From a virus (lineage: Duplodnaviria > Caudoviricetes), in the IMG/VR virus record IMGVR_UViG_3300037722_000337, positions 1 to 24,476 of that record: a stretch of DNA of 24,476 nucleotides. One strand, given 5' to 3'. The translations under genes and the position numbers were made by a program. Each line of letters starts with the position of its first letter. Within the stretch, counting starts at the first letter, position 1. The notes under the pieces were generated by a model, which was not told where the DNA came from, made no database searches, and was given only the letters and a program-made list of their open reading frames with translations. Positions 21,720-24,476 of the stretch are shown piece after piece.

Positions 21720-22655
21720 ATGCGATCCGTAATTCTATATCTCGCGGCGGTTTTGATCTGCTTTTCCGTATCGACGTTAATCCGGGGTTCTGACGCTATG
21801 GCATACGATCTTGAGCGTTGGCTTGCCGAGATGGAGCGGGACGAGGGAAAGAGAAACCACGTCTACGACGACGCGACCGGCAAGCGCCTGCAACCCGGCG
21901 AGAAGGCGAAGGGCCATCCGACGATCGGCATAGGCCGCAACCTGAATGCGCGCCCGCTGACCGAAGGCGAGCAGGAGCTGCTGCGGCAGAACCGCCCTGA
22001 CCTGGGCGAGCGAGACCTGTACCGCGACGGCCTGAGCGACGAGGAAACCTACTACCTCCTGAACAACGACCGGATCGAGACCGAGCGCGAGCTGGACAAG
22101 CGCCTGCCGTGGTGGCGCGATCTCAGCGACACCCGCCAGAGGGCGGTCCTGAACATGGCCTTCAACCTCGGCACCGAGGACCTGCTGGGCTTCCGCAAGA
22201 TGCTCGGCGCGCTAGAAGCCGGGGATTTCCAGAAGGCGTCTGCCGAAGCGCTCGACAGCAAGTGGGCGGGCCAGGTGGGTCAACGCCGGAGCGGCGACAT
22301 CGCGCGCATGTTCCTGAATGACGTAGCGCCCTCGATGCCAGCGTTCGCCACGCAGTTCGCTAGCGCCGCGCCGGAGCCGATAGAGCTGCCGACGCTGCCC
22401 AGCGGTATGGCCACACAGCCGGTCAACCCTGCAACCGGAGAAGTGCCGGAGCTGGAGCAGCCGCTCGTCTCGACGGCCGCGCTCGAAGAAGGCATGACGC
22501 GCGATCCGCGCACCGGAGCTGAGCTGGCGGTCGAGATCGGGGAGGAAGCGCCGGCTGCGCCTACCGCGGAAGTCAGCTTACCGAAGCGCGGTCGCATCGT
22601 CGTGCCGGGCGACGAGCAGCAGACGCTACACGATCCGTTCACAGGGCCTGAGTGA
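21720..22655 (+). CDS. T4-type lysozyme (GH24) with N-terminal signal/anchor and long acidic Pro-rich tail
   Basis: DEGKRNHVYDD...TIGIGRNL, RQRAVLNMAFNLG, FRKML, LDSKWAGQVGQR; alternative start at 21798. Confidence 0.88.
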   Translation: MRSVILYLAAVLICFSVSTLIRGSDAMAYDLERWLAEMERDEGKRNHVYDDATGKRLQPGEKAKGHPTIGIGRNLNARPLTEGEQELLRQNRPDLGERDLYRDGLSDEETYYLLNNDRIETERELDKRLPWWRDLSDTRQRAVLNMAFNLGTEDLLGFRKMLGALEAGDFQKASAEALDSKWAGQVGQRRSGDIARMFLNDVAPSMPAFATQFASAAPEPIELPTLPSGMATQPVNPATGEVPELEQPLVSTAALEEGMTRDPRTGAELAVEIGEEAPAAPTAEVSLPKRGRIVVPGDEQQTLHDPFTGPE

Positions 22656-22789
22656 TGCGCTGGCTGTGCGTTTTCTTTTCATGCCGGTGGCTGTGGTACT
22701 GCAACGTTGACAGTTGGAAGACTGTCGGTCGCGCCGGCTTATACCAGTGCTCTCGTTGCAAAACGATCTCTGTGGGGGCTCCGAGATAA
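22655..22789 (+). CDS. 44-aa Cys-rich peptide, possible Zn ribbon
   Basis: Not in track; MRWLCVFFSCRWLWYCNVDSWKTVGRAGLYQCSRCKTISVGAPR; TGATG coupling; ends 5 nt before the terL ATG. Confidence 0.55.
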   Translation: MRWLCVFFSCRWLWYCNVDSWKTVGRAGLYQCSRCKTISVGAPR

Positions 22790-22794
22790 CTGCC

Positions 22795-24381
22795 ATGAAC
22801 CGTCGCGCTACGCCCGATGAGCAGATCGCCGACTTGATGGCGGACTGCTACGCGGACCCCCTCCGACATGTGCTTGTTAGCTACCCCTGGGAAACCGATC
22901 CTTCGATTCAGCTTATCCGCCTCGCGCCCGAGTACCGCGAACGTTTCAACTGCGAGTTCGGGCCGGACCAGTGGGCGTGCGAGTTCCTTGACGAGCTTGG
23001 CGCGGAAGTGCGGCGCCGCGGCTTTGACGGCCGGACGCCGGTAGACCCGCTGCGCTTCGCCACCGTCAGCGGTCACGAGATTGGCAAGAGCTGCCTCGTC
23101 GCGTGGGTCATCAAATGGATCATGGATACGCGCCCGTTCTCCAAGGGCTCGGTGACGGCCACGACCGATGAGCAGCTTCGCACGAAGACGTGGGCCGAGC
23201 TTGGCAAGTGGCACTACATGAGCTTGACGCGGCACTGGTTCAGCTACACCGCGAGCCGCGGCTCCATGACTATGTCGCACTCGAATCCCGAGTGGTCGGG
23301 CATGTGGCGCTGCGACGCGAAGACCTGCCGCGAGGAAAAGTCGGAAGCGTTCGCCGGCCAGCACGCGCCGAACTCCACCAGCTTCTACATCTTTGACGAG
23401 GCGTCGGGCGTGCCGAACAAGCCGTTCGAGGTTCGCGAAGGCGGGCTCACGTCCGGCGAGCCGATGGTGTTCGACTTCGGCAACGGCACGCGCAACAGCG
23501 GCGCGTTCTACGAGAACTGTATGGGCCGCGAGAAGGCGCGGTACATCGTGCGGTCGATAGACAGTCGCGCCGTTTCTATCACCAACAAGGTAAAGATAGC
23601 GCAGGACGCGGAAATGTGGGGTGAGGATTCCGACCGCTTCCGCGTACGCTGGCGCGGCCTGTTCCCGGTCCTCGGCAATGCGCAGTTCATCTCCAGCGAG
23701 GCGGTCGAGAAAGCGATGTCCATCGCGGCTGTGCGCGACCACAACGCTCCGCTCGCAATCGGCGTGGACGTGGCTCGCTTCGGCGATGACGAGAGCGTGC
23801 TCTACCCGCGCATCGGCAAGGATGCTCGATCGTTCGAGCCAGAGCGCTACAGCGGCCTGAATTCGATCCAGGGAGCCGCCCGAGTGATCGCGATGATTAA
23901 CCGCTTCCGCGATCTCGGCTACGACCAAGCCAACGTCTTCGTGGACAGCACAGGCGGATACGGCGGCGGATGGGCCGACCAGCTCCGGCACCTTGGGTAC
24001 CACGTGATCGAGGTTCAGTTCGGCGGCCGGCCGACCGACAGCATCCTGTATCGCTTCAAGTCCGACGAGATGTGGGGGAACCTGCGCGACGCTATAGACT
24101 CTGGCCTGGCGCTGCCCGACCGCAATTCGCAGCTAGGCCACGACATGTTCGACCAGCTCACGCAGCGTGAGTACGGCCACACGCTCAAGGGGCAGCTTCA
24201 CCTTGAGACCAAGGCGGACATGAAGGCGCGCGGTGTCATGTCTCCCGACATCATCGACGCCCTGGCCCTCACCTACGCGCAGCAGCTTCCGCCGCGGAAC
24301 GTCACGAACGCGCCGGCTCGCCCGAGTATGACGAACGATGAATCCTACAATCCTCACGGCGAGCAAGCTTGGACATGGTAG
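22795..24381 (+). CDS. terL: Terminase large subunit
   Basis: Walker A SGHEIGKS, Walker B YIFDEASG, coupling motif GNGTR, nuclease IGVDVARFGDDES and SPDIIDALALT; ATG 22795 preferred over TTG 22714. Confidence 0.96.
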   Translation: MNRRATPDEQIADLMADCYADPLRHVLVSYPWETDPSIQLIRLAPEYRERFNCEFGPDQWACEFLDELGAEVRRRGFDGRTPVDPLRFATVSGHEIGKSCLVAWVIKWIMDTRPFSKGSVTATTDEQLRTKTWAELGKWHYMSLTRHWFSYTASRGSMTMSHSNPEWSGMWRCDAKTCREEKSEAFAGQHAPNSTSFYIFDEASGVPNKPFEVREGGLTSGEPMVFDFGNGTRNSGAFYENCMGREKARYIVRSIDSRAVSITNKVKIAQDAEMWGEDSDRFRVRWRGLFPVLGNAQFISSEAVEKAMSIAAVRDHNAPLAIGVDVARFGDDESVLYPRIGKDARSFEPERYSGLNSIQGAARVIAMINRFRDLGYDQANVFVDSTGGYGGGWADQLRHLGYHVIEVQFGGRPTDSILYRFKSDEMWGNLRDAIDSGLALPDRNSQLGHDMFDQLTQREYGHTLKGQLHLETKADMKARGVMSPDIIDALALTYAQQLPPRNVTNAPARPSMTNDESYNPHGEQAWTW

Positions 24382-24476
24382 CGCGCGCAAAGATCGAAGC
24401 GAAGTTCGAGCCCCGGCTGAAGACGCGGCGCCGTTTCAGACCGCTCGGCCGCCGGCACTCGAAGAAATTAGGACCG
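24375..24476 (+). CDS. Basic hypothetical protein (partial)
   Basis: MVARAKIEAKFEPRLKTRRRFRPLGRRHSKKLGP..., open to the window end; ATG overlaps the terL 3' end. Confidence 0.5.
   Translation, partial: MVARAKIEAKFEPRLKTRRRFRPLGRRHSKKLGP

Noticed and set aside
23068-23091. TerL Walker A SGHEIGKS instead of SGHGIGKS as a sign of inactivation
   Set aside because: The GKS, Walker B and nuclease aspartates are intact; more likely a tolerated variant.
22639-24003. 454-aa minus-strand ORF
   Set aside because: Antisense shadow of terL; the same applies to 20660-21298 opposite terS.

Overview
A 24.5-kb fragment of a tailed dsDNA phage or prophage with a GC-rich core and AT-richer inserts. A ~1.35-kb non-coding region (19324-20700) separates two divergent arms. 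The leftward (-) arm starts with about 25 small, tightly coupled 'early' genes (19323-11645). It continues with an APSE-type replication module: HNH endonuclease, SNF2 helicase, DUF2800 Cas4-like exonuclease, DUF2815 SSB and family A DNA polymerase. It also carries an MT-A70 methylase, an Hjc-like resolvase and a Dam-like methylase cut by the window edge. The rightward (+) arm carries terS, a T4-type lysozyme with an N-terminal signal and a long tail, and terL. Main observations: (1) the HNH gene appears to have taken over the first 18 codons of the helicase gene and supplies the helicase with a synonymously recoded copy of them; (2) a 17-bp quasi-palindrome overlaps the -10 of three distant promoters, and all four candidate promoters have 18-bp spacers; (3) the early genes share a start-associated sequence, GGAGTAACGCAAATG; (4) a MazG-like gene lacking the usual glutamates is inserted with a 17-bp duplication; (5) two candidate structured RNAs; (6) an iteron/hairpin origin-like segment and a packaging-like segment. 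All family assignments come from motif recognition by eye; no database searches were run.
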